DNA of 64,000 nt from Desulfosudaceae bacterium (lineage in GTDB: Bacteria > Desulfobacterota > Desulfobacteria > Desulfobacterales > Desulfosudaceae). This document shows, piece by piece, positions 36,680 to 46,145 of this stretch. The notes under the pieces were generated by a model. The model had not been told where the DNA came from, searched no databases, and saw only the letters and a list, made by a program, of their open reading frames with translations. The stretch lies in assembly GCA_963674745.2 (NCBI GenBank), contig CAXXDV010000003.1:864001-928000 (forward strand). The letters are read 5' to 3'. A program made the position numbers and the translations under genes. How positions within the stretch are numbered: position 1 is the first letter of the stretch; each line of letters opens with the position of its first letter.

Positions 36680-36714
36680 AAAGGGTGGACGCGTGACCGC
36701 GTCCACCCTTTTTT
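36680..36714. terminator. Probably bidirectional terminator
   Basis: AAAAGGGTGGACGCG-TGAC-CGCGTCCACCCTTTTTT between convergent genes. Confidence 0.8.
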
Positions 36715-36748
36715 ATTGATTTGTTTTTACCCAGCCAGCGGCTGTTAA

Positions 36749-39700
36749 TTATTGTTTTAAAACAGTGTCCAGAAAACAACTTCCGCCGCCACCACCGCCA
36801 CTGCCGGATTCGATCAGGCCGATTCCGCCGGGATCCACAATAACGCCATTGGCAACGCCGTCAAGATCACCAAATCCTCCATCCTGAATCTCGATGGTTA
36901 CGGATTTCATGTTTGGTGCGAATGTGGCATGTTGGGAGTAATCGATCCATCCCTCTATGGGATCGTATTTGTAGTAAACCGATCCGGCGGGTGCTTTTTC
37001 ATCAAAGTAAATCGTTATCTGAACCATGTCTCCGGGATTGGCTGTTTCAATTCTGAAATTAATCAGGCCCCATGGCATATTGTCGGGCATGTCATCAAGA
37101 ATATCCTGATCCAGGTTGTCCAGGGATTGCAGGGACGTTATGTTTTCGGAGGTCGCAATAGCGATGTATGAGTTCCCGACCACGGTTATTACACCCTTGA
37201 AGTGCTCTCCCTGGTTGTCCGGCTGTCCATCGCCGTCCAAATCGGTTTGCCCGGTCATTTCCTGATTATCGGGGATGCCGTTTCCATTCGTGTCGTTATC
37301 CGCTTGACCGGTCGTAAAAGTGGATGTTGCTGAATATCCGGATGTGCATCCGCTACTGCAATGGATGTGCGCATGCCAGTAATAGGTGGTTTCGGGTTTC
37401 AGCACGCCCGGAGGGACCTGGTGGCTGAAAAGGTCTCCGTCAAACACATTCCGGTTATAAGCCAGTCCATGAAAATCAGGATTTTCACTGATCTGCCAGC
37501 GGGTTTTATGAACCGTGCCGCATGTCACGGGATCAATGTCCTTGTCAATTACCAGAACCGGCATCAGTGATAAGTCAACGGTCCCATCTGCCGGAGAGAT
37601 CGGCTGCGGGGATGTCTTGCACGGTTCTTCACCGGATGTGGATGCGTTCACCATTACATTGACCGATTCGGATGAAGACAATCCATCATTGTCGGTTACG
37701 GTCAGAGAAAACGTCATCAGGATACTTCCTGCCGCGACTGTCGGAGATACAAATTGGGCGTACGGGGTGGTTGCGTCAGTCAGCACGACTTCCTGGCCCT
37801 CCGTCTGTTCCCACAGATAACTCACAAGCGTTCCGTCAGGATCATAGGAGCCCGAGCCATCCAGTGTCACTGATGCGTCACTATCAACCGTCCGGTCCGG
37901 ACCAGGATCGGCCACAGGCGGCAACAATACAGGATCAATGCAATCCGGTGTCCCGTCACCGTCCGTATCCGTGTCCGGCGTCCCACAACCGCAGACACCG
38001 GGAAGGATTTTATCCGGATCATTGGGGCAATCGTCAACGCAGTCCAGCCAGCCATCGTTGTCTGTGTCCGTGTCCGGAAAACCGCAGCCGCAGATCCCAG
38101 GCGCAATTTTTAAAGGATCGTTGGGACATCCATCGGTAATGTCCGGTACACCATCTCCGTCTGTATCGGTGGGGGGAGAGAGCTCGCCGCGAACCGGGCG
38201 AACATAATAAGAGTCGTTTGTTTTGAGCATTATATTGTAATAACCTACTATAGCGATAAGCCAAGCTTCCTCCGTACGAGAGAGAGAGTCGATTAAAGTT
38301 GTAGACGACCAGTAGGAACCGCCCGGCCAATAACTAAAATTGCTGTTAATGACCGGATACCGACTATAATCTGTAATAGAGGCCAGTTCTTTAATGGTTG
38401 GCAGGCGCCAGTCGGAATAACCGGCCAGGGTCAAATTTTCACAGTACGCCAGGGCGGATTCCCAGTTCATTGTCGAGGCACCTGCCTCTTTGACCCACAT
38501 AAGGCCGGTATTGTTATCTGTGATTGTCCCGTCGTTGTTATCCGTAAATGACGGTGATGCCTTTTGGCCACGAACAGCACGTATGTATAGTGTGTCAGAC
38601 TGCTTATCGCCACCGCTCGCAATTGAGCCTGAAACGAAGCCTGCTTCCCAGACCTGGCTCGGAGTATTGGCATGAGTTGTTGACGTCCAGTGCCAAGCCC
38701 CTGGATAAGTTTGGCAGTTTTTAAAATAAGTCGTGTCAACGCTAGGAGACCAATTCGCATAATTGAAGATAGAACGAATCTCAGCAATGGTGGGCATTCG
38801 CCAATCGGAAAAACCGCCAAAACTTTGACTGTTTAAAGCATTGATAAAATCTTCTGTATCCGTTCCGTCCCCCGGTGTACCGGCGTCACCGCCATTGGTC
38901 GCCGGGTTGCTGTCATACCAGGTATAGGTATTGTCTTTGTCATGTATGCCGCCGTCATCGGTTTTCACCTCCCATATCAGGCCGGTATGATTATCCCTGA
39001 CCATTGTCCAATCAGCAGCACCATCGGGCAGGTCGTTACCGCTGGCATCCAGCTTGGTAAATGAAGGCGGGTTGATGGTATAGCAGGCGTCTTGGCCGTA
39101 AAAAGACTCTCCCGATGACGGGCATGGGTTGAGAATATTCCCGTTGGCATCATAGCAGGTGGTCTGACCGGTATCAGAAACAGGAAAAGTCGCACCCGAT
39201 GGGGTCGGAATGGTTGATATCAATCTGACTGCAGCAAAGTCGTACTGGGTTCCCGCTGCAACGACGATCTTATCGTCAGCCTGGATCGCTACACCCCCGT
39301 CACACGTAAGATAATTACCGTTGATGTCAGCAATTATCTCTGTTCCGACCCCAAAGAATGATGTGTCCAGGCTGCCGTCAGAGTTATAGCGTGCAATTGT
39401 GAGTCGATTGGTACCAACCACAACGATCTTCCCGTCAGCCTGAACCGCTACACCGTAAGGGATATCATGATAGCCGATGTTCGTCTGCACAATGCCGTCT
39501 CCGGAAAAGGATGTGTCGAGACTACCGTCAGCGTTGTAACGGACTACTCCAAAATCCGCATGGGTGACAGGGTCGTCAACCTGTCCGGCTACAATGATTT
39601 TTCCGTCAGGCTGGATCGTCATGGCTCTTCCATAATCGCTTTCCGCGCTGATGGATGTGATTACCTTGCCGTCTCCGGAGAATGATGTGTCGAGACTGCC

Positions 39701-40492
39701 GTCAGTGTTATAGCGGACAACCGCAAAGTCATAGGCGGAAGGGCTTCCGGAATCCCCGGAGACCACGATCTTGCCGTCAGATTGGATGGCTACGTTTCTG
39801 GAGACATCAGAACCACCGTTGATGTCTGTGGTAACCTTGCCGTCACCGGAAAAGGATGTGTCGAGACTGCCGTCAGCGTTGAAGCGGGCCACCGCAATGT
39901 CCTGGGCGCCATGAATCGCTCCGTATGAACAGCTAAATACAATTTTCCCATCAGGCTGGACTGCTACAGAGGCACCAGTATGGTTACTGCTGCCAAAGGT
40001 CAAGATAACCTTGCCATCACCGGAAAAAGATGTGTCGAGACTGCCGTCTGAGTTATAACGCGCCATCACCGACTCATAATTGGGATAAGACCCGGACTGC
40101 CCGCCCACAATGATTTTCCCATCAGGCTGGATAGCTACGCTTGAACCATACTCATCTGCTCCAAAGTCCGTGGTTACAATACCGTCCCCGGAGAAAGATG
40201 TGTCGAGACTGCCGTCCGTGTTATAGCGGACTATTCCGACGTCCATAACAGTGTTATAGCCAACAGTCCCCACCACAACAATTTTTTCATCAGGCTGGAT
40301 TGCTATATCACTAACATAATCATTATTACCGCCGCTTAAATCCGCAATCGCCGATAGGCCGTCGCCGCCAAACGTAGTGTCCAGATCTCCGTCTGCCGCC
40401 ATGGCAGTGGTACAGAACAGGAGCAGTATAAGGATTGGAATAAGAAGATTACCTGCCCGATGAATAATATTGTGATTTTTGTGCGTTCTCAT
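36749..40492 (-). CDS. Large secreted/surface protein: delta-60-type beta-propeller repeats, two DUF1566 (Lcl C-terminal) domains, TSP3-like Ca-binding repeats, PKD-like domain, choice-of-anchor-U-like domain and Gly-rich Cys-containing C-terminal tag
   Basis: Signal peptide; about seven xAIQPDGKIVV..RYNxDGSLDTSFSGDG repeats; DNxTGLxW..DWRxPT..WSST..VR twice; DTDGDG..CPNDPxKIxPGxCGCG; ends GGGGGSCFLDTVLKQ. Confidence 0.88.
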   Translation of the reverse strand: MRTHKNHNIIHRAGNLLIPILILLLFCTTAMAADGDLDTTFGGDGLSAIADLSGGNNDYVSDIAIQPDEKIVVVGTVGYNTVMDVGIVRYNTDGSLDTSFSGDGIVTTDFGADEYGSSVAIQPDGKIIVGGQSGSYPNYESVMARYNSDGSLDTSFSGDGKVILTFGSSNHTGASVAVQPDGKIVFSCSYGAIHGAQDIAVARFNADGSLDTSFSGDGKVTTDINGGSDVSRNVAIQSDGKIVVSGDSGSPSAYDFAVVRYNTDGSLDTSFSGDGKVITSISAESDYGRAMTIQPDGKIIVAGQVDDPVTHADFGVVRYNADGSLDTSFSGDGIVQTNIGYHDIPYGVAVQADGKIVVVGTNRLTIARYNSDGSLDTSFFGVGTEIIADINGNYLTCDGGVAIQADDKIVVAAGTQYDFAAVRLISTIPTPSGATFPVSDTGQTTCYDANGNILNPCPSSGESFYGQDACYTINPPSFTKLDASGNDLPDGAADWTMVRDNHTGLIWEVKTDDGGIHDKDNTYTWYDSNPATNGGDAGTPGDGTDTEDFINALNSQSFGGFSDWRMPTIAEIRSIFNYANWSPSVDTTYFKNCQTYPGAWHWTSTTHANTPSQVWEAGFVSGSIASGGDKQSDTLYIRAVRGQKASPSFTDNNDGTITDNNTGLMWVKEAGASTMNWESALAYCENLTLAGYSDWRLPTIKELASITDYSRYPVINSNFSYWPGGSYWSSTTLIDSLSRTEEAWLIAIVGYYNIMLKTNDSYYVRPVRGELSPPTDTDGDGVPDITDGCPNDPLKIAPGICGCGFPDTDTDNDGWLDCVDDCPNDPDKILPGVCGCGTPDTDTDGDGTPDCIDPVLLPPVADPGPDRTVDSDASVTLDGSGSYDPDGTLVSYLWEQTEGQEVVLTDATTPYAQFVSPTVAAGSILMTFSLTVTDNDGLSSSESVNVMVNASTSGEEPCKTSPQPISPADGTVDLSLMPVLVIDKDIDPVTCGTVHKTRWQISENPDFHGLAYNRNVFDGDLFSHQVPPGVLKPETTYYWHAHIHCSSGCTSGYSATSTFTTGQADNDTNGNGIPDNQEMTGQTDLDGDGQPDNQGEHFKGVITVVGNSYIAIATSENITSLQSLDNLDQDILDDMPDNMPWGLINFRIETANPGDMVQITIYFDEKAPAGSVYYKYDPIEGWIDYSQHATFAPNMKSVTIEIQDGGFGDLDGVANGVIVDPGGIGLIESGSGGGGGGSCFLDTVLKQ

Positions 40493-40540
40493 ACGCCCCC
40501 CCCGTATTGGTATTGTGTAGTATATAATCGTTACTAAAGC

Positions 40541-40579
40541 AAAAAAGCCGGGCCATCCCTTGCCTAAGAGGACCCGGCT
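40541..40579 (-). terminator. Leader intrinsic terminator (riboswitch expression platform)
   Basis: Minus strand AGCCGGGTCCTCTTAGGCAAGGGATGGCCCGGC followed by T6, about 50 nt upstream of the ATG. Confidence 0.75.
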
Positions 40580-40591
40580 ATAAAGTCTTTC

Positions 40592-40678
40592 CCTTTATGG
40601 CAGCCCGGCTGTCTCTCTTTTGAAAGACCCGTTGCTTTCCCTCCTCAGGTTGCCCCAAGTCTGGCTTTGGCATGAATT
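40592..40678 (-). promoter_or_regulatory. c-di-GMP-I (GEMM-I) riboswitch
   Basis: Minus strand G-CCAGA-CTTGGG-GCAA-CCTGAG-GAGGGAAAG-CAACGGGTCT..GACAGCCGGGCTGCC follows the GEMM-I layout (GNRA-capped P2, AAAG junction, P3, GCCGGGCTGCC 3' end). Confidence 0.75.
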
Positions 40679-41078
40679 GATCGACCCGGTTTAAGCTTTT
40701 TAAAAAATAAACACTTTATTCAACACAAGTCAACAGTTTATAGCACTGTTGTTTCTCCTTTGGTTTGTTTGAGCGGGGCTTATAGGTCTAAAAACCTATT
40801 AAATATGGAGGGTATGAGAAAGAATGCCGTTAGAAAGTAATTTTAAGTATTTGTGTTGATATGGATTTAACAGGGGGCCTCAACTCCAGGCGTTATATTG
40901 TTAGCGGTTTAAAATTTTATAGTGTTAACGTTTTATTTTTCAAGAAGCGCTCAGGTGATTAAGTGCTTATGTGGTTAAGGAAGTCCGGGTTTCAGGTGTA
41001 GCGAGTCAAATATTGAATGAAGAGGTGGCGTGCGTCAACACGGCCACCCCTTTTTATGCTCGTCGCAAATTAGGCAAA

Positions 41079-42617
41079 CTACACCAGGTCGTCGGTCATG
41101 ACCGGGTGGCGTTTCAAGTATTCCAGCCGGTTGAGACCGTTGATAAAGGCCTTGGCGCTGGCGGTGATGATGTCCGGATCGGCGCCGCGCCCGAGGGCCA
41201 CCAGCCCGTCTTCTTTCAGCCTCACGGTTACTTCACCCTGGGCGTCGGTGCCGCCGGACAGGGCGGAAATGGTAAACCGCATCAGTTCGCAGGTGGTTTT
41301 GGACAGTTCGGTGATGGTCATGAAAGCCGCGTCAATGGGGCCGTTGCCGTAGTTGGCGCCTTTGACCGAGCGGCCGTTGATGCTCATCTGGACACTGGCC
41401 ATGGGAAAGACCGTGGTGCCGCTGATAATATGAAGGTATTCCAGCTCGAAGACGTTGACGGTCTGCATGAGGTTTTCCGAAACCAGGATTTCCAGATCTT
41501 CGTCCACGATACTCTTTTTCTTGTCGCACAGGTCTTTGAACTTGCCGAAGATAAGATCGATTTCCGGTTTGGACAGGTTGTAGCCGATGGCCTTGAGCCG
41601 GTCCCTCAGGGCGCTTCTGCCCGAATGCTTGCCCAGCACCAGGGAACTGCTGGCCACCCCCACGGTTTCCGGACGCATGATTTCATAGGTCATGGGATTT
41701 TTCAGCATGCCGTCCTGGTGGATGCCGGCTTCATGGGAAAATGCGTTGGCCCCGACAATGGCCTTGTTGGGCTGGACGATCATCCCCGTCAGCATGCTGA
41801 CCAGCCGGCTGGTGGGGTAAATCTTTGTGGCGTCGATGTTGGTCGTCAGGGGCAGGCGGTTATTTCTGGTCTTGAGCGCCATGACCACTTCTTCCAGAGA
41901 GGTGTTGCCGGCCCGTTCGCCGATGCCGTTGATGGTGACTTCGCATTGGCGGGCGCCGGCTGCCAGGGCGGCCAGGGTATTGGCCGTGGCCAGGCCCAGG
42001 TCGTTATGGCAATGGACGCTGATAACGGCCTTGTGAATATTGGGCGTATGTTCCTTGATGTATTTGATCAAATCCGCGAATTCGTCCGGTATGGCGTAAC
42101 CCACTGTATCTGGAATGTTGATGGTCGTGGCCCCGGCTTCAATAGTCGCCTCGACGATTTTGCACAGAAAATCACGGTCACTGCGCGAGGCGTCTTCTGC
42201 TGAAAATTCCACGCTGTCTGTGAATGACTTGGCATACTTGACACCGGCCACGGCACTGGCGATGACCTGTTCTCTGGGCAACCGCAGCTTGTACTGCATG
42301 TGGATGTCCGAGGTGGCGATAAATACATGGAGACGGGGCTTTTTGGCGTTGGATACGGCCGCCCAGGCCTTGTCGATGTCTTCCTTGTTGGTCCGGGCCA
42401 GGCCGGCGATTTCGGGCAGGGTCAGTTTCTGCGCCACCGCGGAAACCGCTTCCAGGTCGCCTTTGGATGCCGCCGGAAAGCCGGCTTCGATGATATCCAC
42501 ACCGAGCTCTTCCAGGCGGGAAGCGATCCGAAGTTTTTCATTGACGTTCATGCTTGCTCCGGGAGACTGCTCACCGTCCCGTAGCGTGGTGTCAAATAAG
42601 TAAACCCTGTCAGACAT
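41079..42617 (-). CDS. leuA: 2-isopropylmalate synthase
   Basis: DTTLRDGEQSPG, HCHNDLG, GERAGN, HEAGIHQDG, regulatory GNGPIDA. Confidence 0.95.
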   Translation of the reverse strand: MSDRVYLFDTTLRDGEQSPGASMNVNEKLRIASRLEELGVDIIEAGFPAASKGDLEAVSAVAQKLTLPEIAGLARTNKEDIDKAWAAVSNAKKPRLHVFIATSDIHMQYKLRLPREQVIASAVAGVKYAKSFTDSVEFSAEDASRSDRDFLCKIVEATIEAGATTINIPDTVGYAIPDEFADLIKYIKEHTPNIHKAVISVHCHNDLGLATANTLAALAAGARQCEVTINGIGERAGNTSLEEVVMALKTRNNRLPLTTNIDATKIYPTSRLVSMLTGMIVQPNKAIVGANAFSHEAGIHQDGMLKNPMTYEIMRPETVGVASSSLVLGKHSGRSALRDRLKAIGYNLSKPEIDLIFGKFKDLCDKKKSIVDEDLEILVSENLMQTVNVFELEYLHIISGTTVFPMASVQMSINGRSVKGANYGNGPIDAAFMTITELSKTTCELMRFTISALSGGTDAQGEVTVRLKEDGLVALGRGADPDIITASAKAFINGLNRLEYLKRHPVMTDDLV

Positions 42618-42632
42618 TGTCGCCGCTCCTGT

Positions 42633-44243
42633 CTACTTTTTATTTTTGCTGGACAGTTCCTTGGCCAGCTTATATTGACAGCTGTCGGCCAGGGCCTGCC
42701 AGCTGGCTTCAATAATATCCTCGGAAACACCGATGGTGCTCCATACTTCATCTTCATCCCGGGAGTCGATCAGCACCCGGACCTTGGCGGATGTGCCGTC
42801 ACGCCCGTCAAGCACACGGACTTTGAAATCCACCAGGTGCATGGCCTCAAGTCCGAGCGAATCCGGATAAAAATCGGCAATGGCCTTGCGGATGGCATTG
42901 TCCAGCGCGCTGACCGGCCCGTCCCCTTCGGCGGCGGTAATGGTTTCCGAACCGCCAACCGCGATTTTGATCATGGCCTGCGAGGCGCAGGGCTGATCCT
43001 GGTTCTTTTCAATAATCACCCGGAAGGATTTTAATTCGAACAATGGCTGGAAATGGCCGGTTATTTTTTCCATTAAAATTTTAAATGATCCGTCCGCGGC
43101 TTCAAACTGGTAGCCGTCTTCTTCCAGCAGCTTGATTTCCGAGACGATCCGGCCGGTGTCCGCGCCCAGGGTGTCAACATCCACGCCCATTTCTTTGGCC
43201 TTGTAAAGGATATTGCTCTTTCCGGCCAGGTCGGAAACCAACACCCGGCGATTGCTGCCCACCAGTTCCGGATCGATGTGCTCGTAAGCAATCGGATTTT
43301 TCATGATGGCGCTGACGTGCAAGCCGCCTTTGTGGCAGAAAGCGCTCTTGCCAACAAACGGCCTGCTGGAAAGGGGGGTGATGTTGGCGGTCTCACTGAC
43401 AAACCGGGAAACCTTTTTCAGCTTTTTCAGATTTTCGTCGGACATGCACGAATAACCCATTTTCAGGCACAGGATGGGGATAATGGAGATCAGGTCGGCG
43501 TTACCGCAGCGTTCCCCGTAGCCATTGATGGTCCCCTGCACCATGTCGGCGCCGCCCCTGATACCGGCCAGGGAATTGGCCACGGCCAGCCCGCAGTCGT
43601 TATGGGTGTGGATGCCGATCCGGATTGATTCACCTTTCCCTGCCGCCTGCATGGCTTCATAAACCGCCCGGGTGGCCTGCTCGATGTCCTCGGGCAGGGA
43701 ACCGCCGTTGGTATCACACAACACCAGGGCGTCGGCACCCGCATCGGCCGCGGTTGCCAGGGTTTTCAAGGCATATTCCGGGTTCCGCGTGTAACCGTCA
43801 AAGAAATGCTCGGCGTCAAAAAACACTTCCAGTTCGTGCTTTTTCAGGTAGATCACGGTATCATGAATCATGGCCAGGTTTTCTTCCAGCGAGTTGCTCA
43901 TGATTTCCGTGACGTGCAGATCCCATGTTTTACCGACAATGGCCACGGCCGGGGCACCGCTTTCAATCAGGAGCTTGACGCTCTGATCCTGCTCAACGGG
44001 CACCCCGCTTTTACGGGTGGCCCCGAAAGCGGTCAGGCGGGCGTTCTTGAAATCAATCTCCCGGGCGAGTTGAAAAAACCGCAGGTCCTTGGGGTTGGAC
44101 CCCGGCCAGCCGCCTTCAATATAATGGATGCCGAAATCATCAAACACCCGGGCGATTCTGATTTTATCCTCGGCGGAGAAATTGATATTTTCTCCCTGCA
44201 TGCCGTCCCGAAGGGTGGTGTCGTAGATGAGGATCTGTCTCAT
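42633..44243 (-). CDS. cimA: Citramalate synthase
   Basis: YDTTLRDGMQGE, IEGGWPGSNPKD, FDAEHFFDG, YGERCGN, HKGGLH, YEHIDP. Confidence 0.9.
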   Translation of the reverse strand: MRQILIYDTTLRDGMQGENINFSAEDKIRIARVFDDFGIHYIEGGWPGSNPKDLRFFQLAREIDFKNARLTAFGATRKSGVPVEQDQSVKLLIESGAPAVAIVGKTWDLHVTEIMSNSLEENLAMIHDTVIYLKKHELEVFFDAEHFFDGYTRNPEYALKTLATAADAGADALVLCDTNGGSLPEDIEQATRAVYEAMQAAGKGESIRIGIHTHNDCGLAVANSLAGIRGGADMVQGTINGYGERCGNADLISIIPILCLKMGYSCMSDENLKKLKKVSRFVSETANITPLSSRPFVGKSAFCHKGGLHVSAIMKNPIAYEHIDPELVGSNRRVLVSDLAGKSNILYKAKEMGVDVDTLGADTGRIVSEIKLLEEDGYQFEAADGSFKILMEKITGHFQPLFELKSFRVIIEKNQDQPCASQAMIKIAVGGSETITAAEGDGPVSALDNAIRKAIADFYPDSLGLEAMHLVDFKVRVLDGRDGTSAKVRVLIDSRDEDEVWSTIGVSEDIIEASWQALADSCQYKLAKELSSKNKK

Positions 44244-44314
44244 GGCGTTAACCCTTGATGGCTTCGTAAAAAGCTCATTTTTTCATTACCCCGTCAAGTC
44301 GGTTACACTTTGGC

Positions 44315-44402
44315 GGGTGCCACGGGCAAACCGAAGGTTGCCCGTGAGTAGTTGAATCGCTACAGGGAACACGGGCAAGCTGTCGCTTCGCCCGTGGCAC
44401 CC
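44315..44402. repeat. Inverted doublet of GGTG-footed REP-like palindromes
   Basis: 44315-44346 plus inverted 44370-44402; homologous to 30572-30662. Confidence 0.85.
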
Positions 44403-44472
44403 AATTAATGACTTGTTTATTCAGCTTCCTCTCTTTATCCGAAGTCCAGAAAAAATAGAAAATATCAATTTT

Positions 44473-44522
44473 ATACTGGATTCCGGCTCACCTTCCGCTT
44501 CGCTCCACTGGCTGGAATGACG
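44473..44522 (-). repeat. CGTC-footed palindromic repeat, copy 2
   Basis: Reverse complement CGTCATTCCAGCCAGTGGAGCGAAGCGGAAGGTGAGCCGGAATCCAGTAT. Confidence 0.8.
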
Positions 44523-44536
44523 AAGATGAGACGCCT

Positions 44537-45589
44537 TTATTTGTTCCGGTTTTCCGGGCGCAAGGCACGGACCTCGGCGCCTGCCTTCCACATTTCAGAA
44601 TTCTTGATGGCGTCCAGTTCTTCGGTCAGTTTTTCCTTGTAGTCGGCCGCGCTGTTGGCCTGCAGGACCCGTTCGGTTTCCTTGCCGTTTCTGACCCGGG
44701 TGTACAGGTCTTCAAAAACCGGTGCCACGGCATCCCTGAACTTCGGGGCCCAGTCCAGGGCGCCTCTCTGGGCGGTGGCGCTGCAGTTGGCGAACATCCA
44801 GTCCATGCCGTTTTCAGCTACCAGGCGGATCAGGCTCTGGGTCAGTTCTTCCACGGTTTCGTTAAAGGCTTCACTCGGAGAGTGACCGTTCTTTCTTAAT
44901 ATGTTGTACTGTGCTTCCATGGTGCCGGCCAGGCAGCCCATGAGCACGCCCCGTTCGCCGGTCAGGTCGCTGTAGACTTCATGCTCGAAAGTGGTCGGGA
45001 ACAGGTACCCGGAGCCGATGGCGATACCCAGGGCGATGGTCCGTTCTTCGGCCCGGCCGGTGAAGTCCTGGAATACCGCGTAGCTCGAGTTAATGCCGCT
45101 GCCGTCCAGGAAATTGCGGCGCACGTTGGTTCCGGAACCCTTGGGGGCGACCAGGATGACGTCAACGTTCTCCGGGGGAATAACACCGGTCTGTTCTTTG
45201 TAAACAATGGAAAAGCCGTGGGAAAAATAAACGGCATCACCTTCGTTCAGGCATTCCATGATTTTAGGCCAGACCGCCACCTGTCCGGCGTCGGACAACA
45301 GCATTTTAATGATGGTACCTTTTTTGGCTGCTTCTTCAATGGGGAAAAGCGTTTTACCCGGCTCAAACCCGTCACGAATGGCTTTTTCCCAGTATTCATC
45401 GCCTTCCATCTGGCCGATAATAACGTCAAACCCGTTGTCTTTCAGGTTCAAGGCCTGGGCCGGTCCCTGGACACCGTATCCCAGAACGACGATGGTTTCG
45501 TCTTTGAGCACTTCCCGTGCTTTTTCCAGTGTAAATTCGTCTGCTGTGACAACGTTTTCCTCGACCCCTCCAAAATTGATTTTCGGCAT
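44537..45589 (-). CDS. ilvC: Ketol-acid reductoisomerase
   Basis: GYGVQG, LLSDAGQ, FSHGF, APKGSG, SDLTGERG, EAFNE; ATG at 45589 after AGGAG. Confidence 0.95.
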   Translation of the reverse strand: MPKINFGGVEENVVTADEFTLEKAREVLKDETIVVLGYGVQGPAQALNLKDNGFDVIIGQMEGDEYWEKAIRDGFEPGKTLFPIEEAAKKGTIIKMLLSDAGQVAVWPKIMECLNEGDAVYFSHGFSIVYKEQTGVIPPENVDVILVAPKGSGTNVRRNFLDGSGINSSYAVFQDFTGRAEERTIALGIAIGSGYLFPTTFEHEVYSDLTGERGVLMGCLAGTMEAQYNILRKNGHSPSEAFNETVEELTQSLIRLVAENGMDWMFANCSATAQRGALDWAPKFRDAVAPVFEDLYTRVRNGKETERVLQANSAADYKEKLTEELDAIKNSEMWKAGAEVRALRPENRNK

Positions 45590-45636
45590 GTCCTTCTCCT
45601 TTATTGAATTAATTGATTCAGTATTATACATCGGGC

Positions 45637-46131
45637 TCAGCCCGATTTCACGTCCCGTTGCAGGGCGATGGCGCCGGTGCGGGCGATCTCCTTGATCCCG
45701 ATGGGTTGCAGCATGGTGATTATGGCTGACAGTTTTTCTTCATTACCGGTAACTTCAATGCTGTAATGATCCTGGCTGACATCCACCACTTTGGCCCTAA
45801 AAATATCGACGATTCTCAGTATCTCCGCCCTGGAGTCCGGCTTGGCCCTGACCTTGATTAATATCAGTTCGCGCTGCACATAAGACGTTCCGGTCAGGTT
45901 GTAAACCTTGATCACATTGATGAGCTTGTTCAATTGTTTTTTGATCTGTTCCAGGATGGCATCGTCACCCACGGTCACCATGGTCAGCCTGGAGACGTTG
46001 GCTTCATTGGTGGCTGCCACGCATAAGCTTTCGATATTGTATCCACGGCCGCTGAACAGTCCGGCTATCCGGGACAGCACGCCCGGCTGGTTATCGACCA
46101 GAATGGATAGTATATGTCTTTTATCTTCCAT
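45637..46131 (-). CDS. ilvN: Acetolactate synthase small subunit
   Basis: NQPGVLSRIAGLFSGRGYNIESL, QLNKLINV, EIARTG. Confidence 0.95.
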   Translation of the reverse strand: MEDKRHILSILVDNQPGVLSRIAGLFSGRGYNIESLCVAATNEANVSRLTMVTVGDDAILEQIKKQLNKLINVIKVYNLTGTSYVQRELILIKVRAKPDSRAEILRIVDIFRAKVVDVSQDHYSIEVTGNEEKLSAIITMLQPIGIKEIARTGAIALQRDVKSG

Positions 46132-46145
46132 TGCCTTGTCCTTTT

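Noticed and set aside
38170..38720. Complete diversity-generating retroelement
   Set aside because: No reverse transcriptase or template repeat in the window, and the two DUF1566 ends do not differ only at adenines.
40971..42203. 410-aa plus-strand ORF (likewise 46455-47732 and 30624-31496)
   Set aside because: Antisense shadows of leuA, ilvB and the acyl-CoA dehydrogenase, common in GC-rich coding DNA.
44254..44276. CTTGATGGCTTCGTAAAAAGCTC, resembling a dispersed repeat end
   Set aside because: Only one copy in the window, so it cannot be supported.
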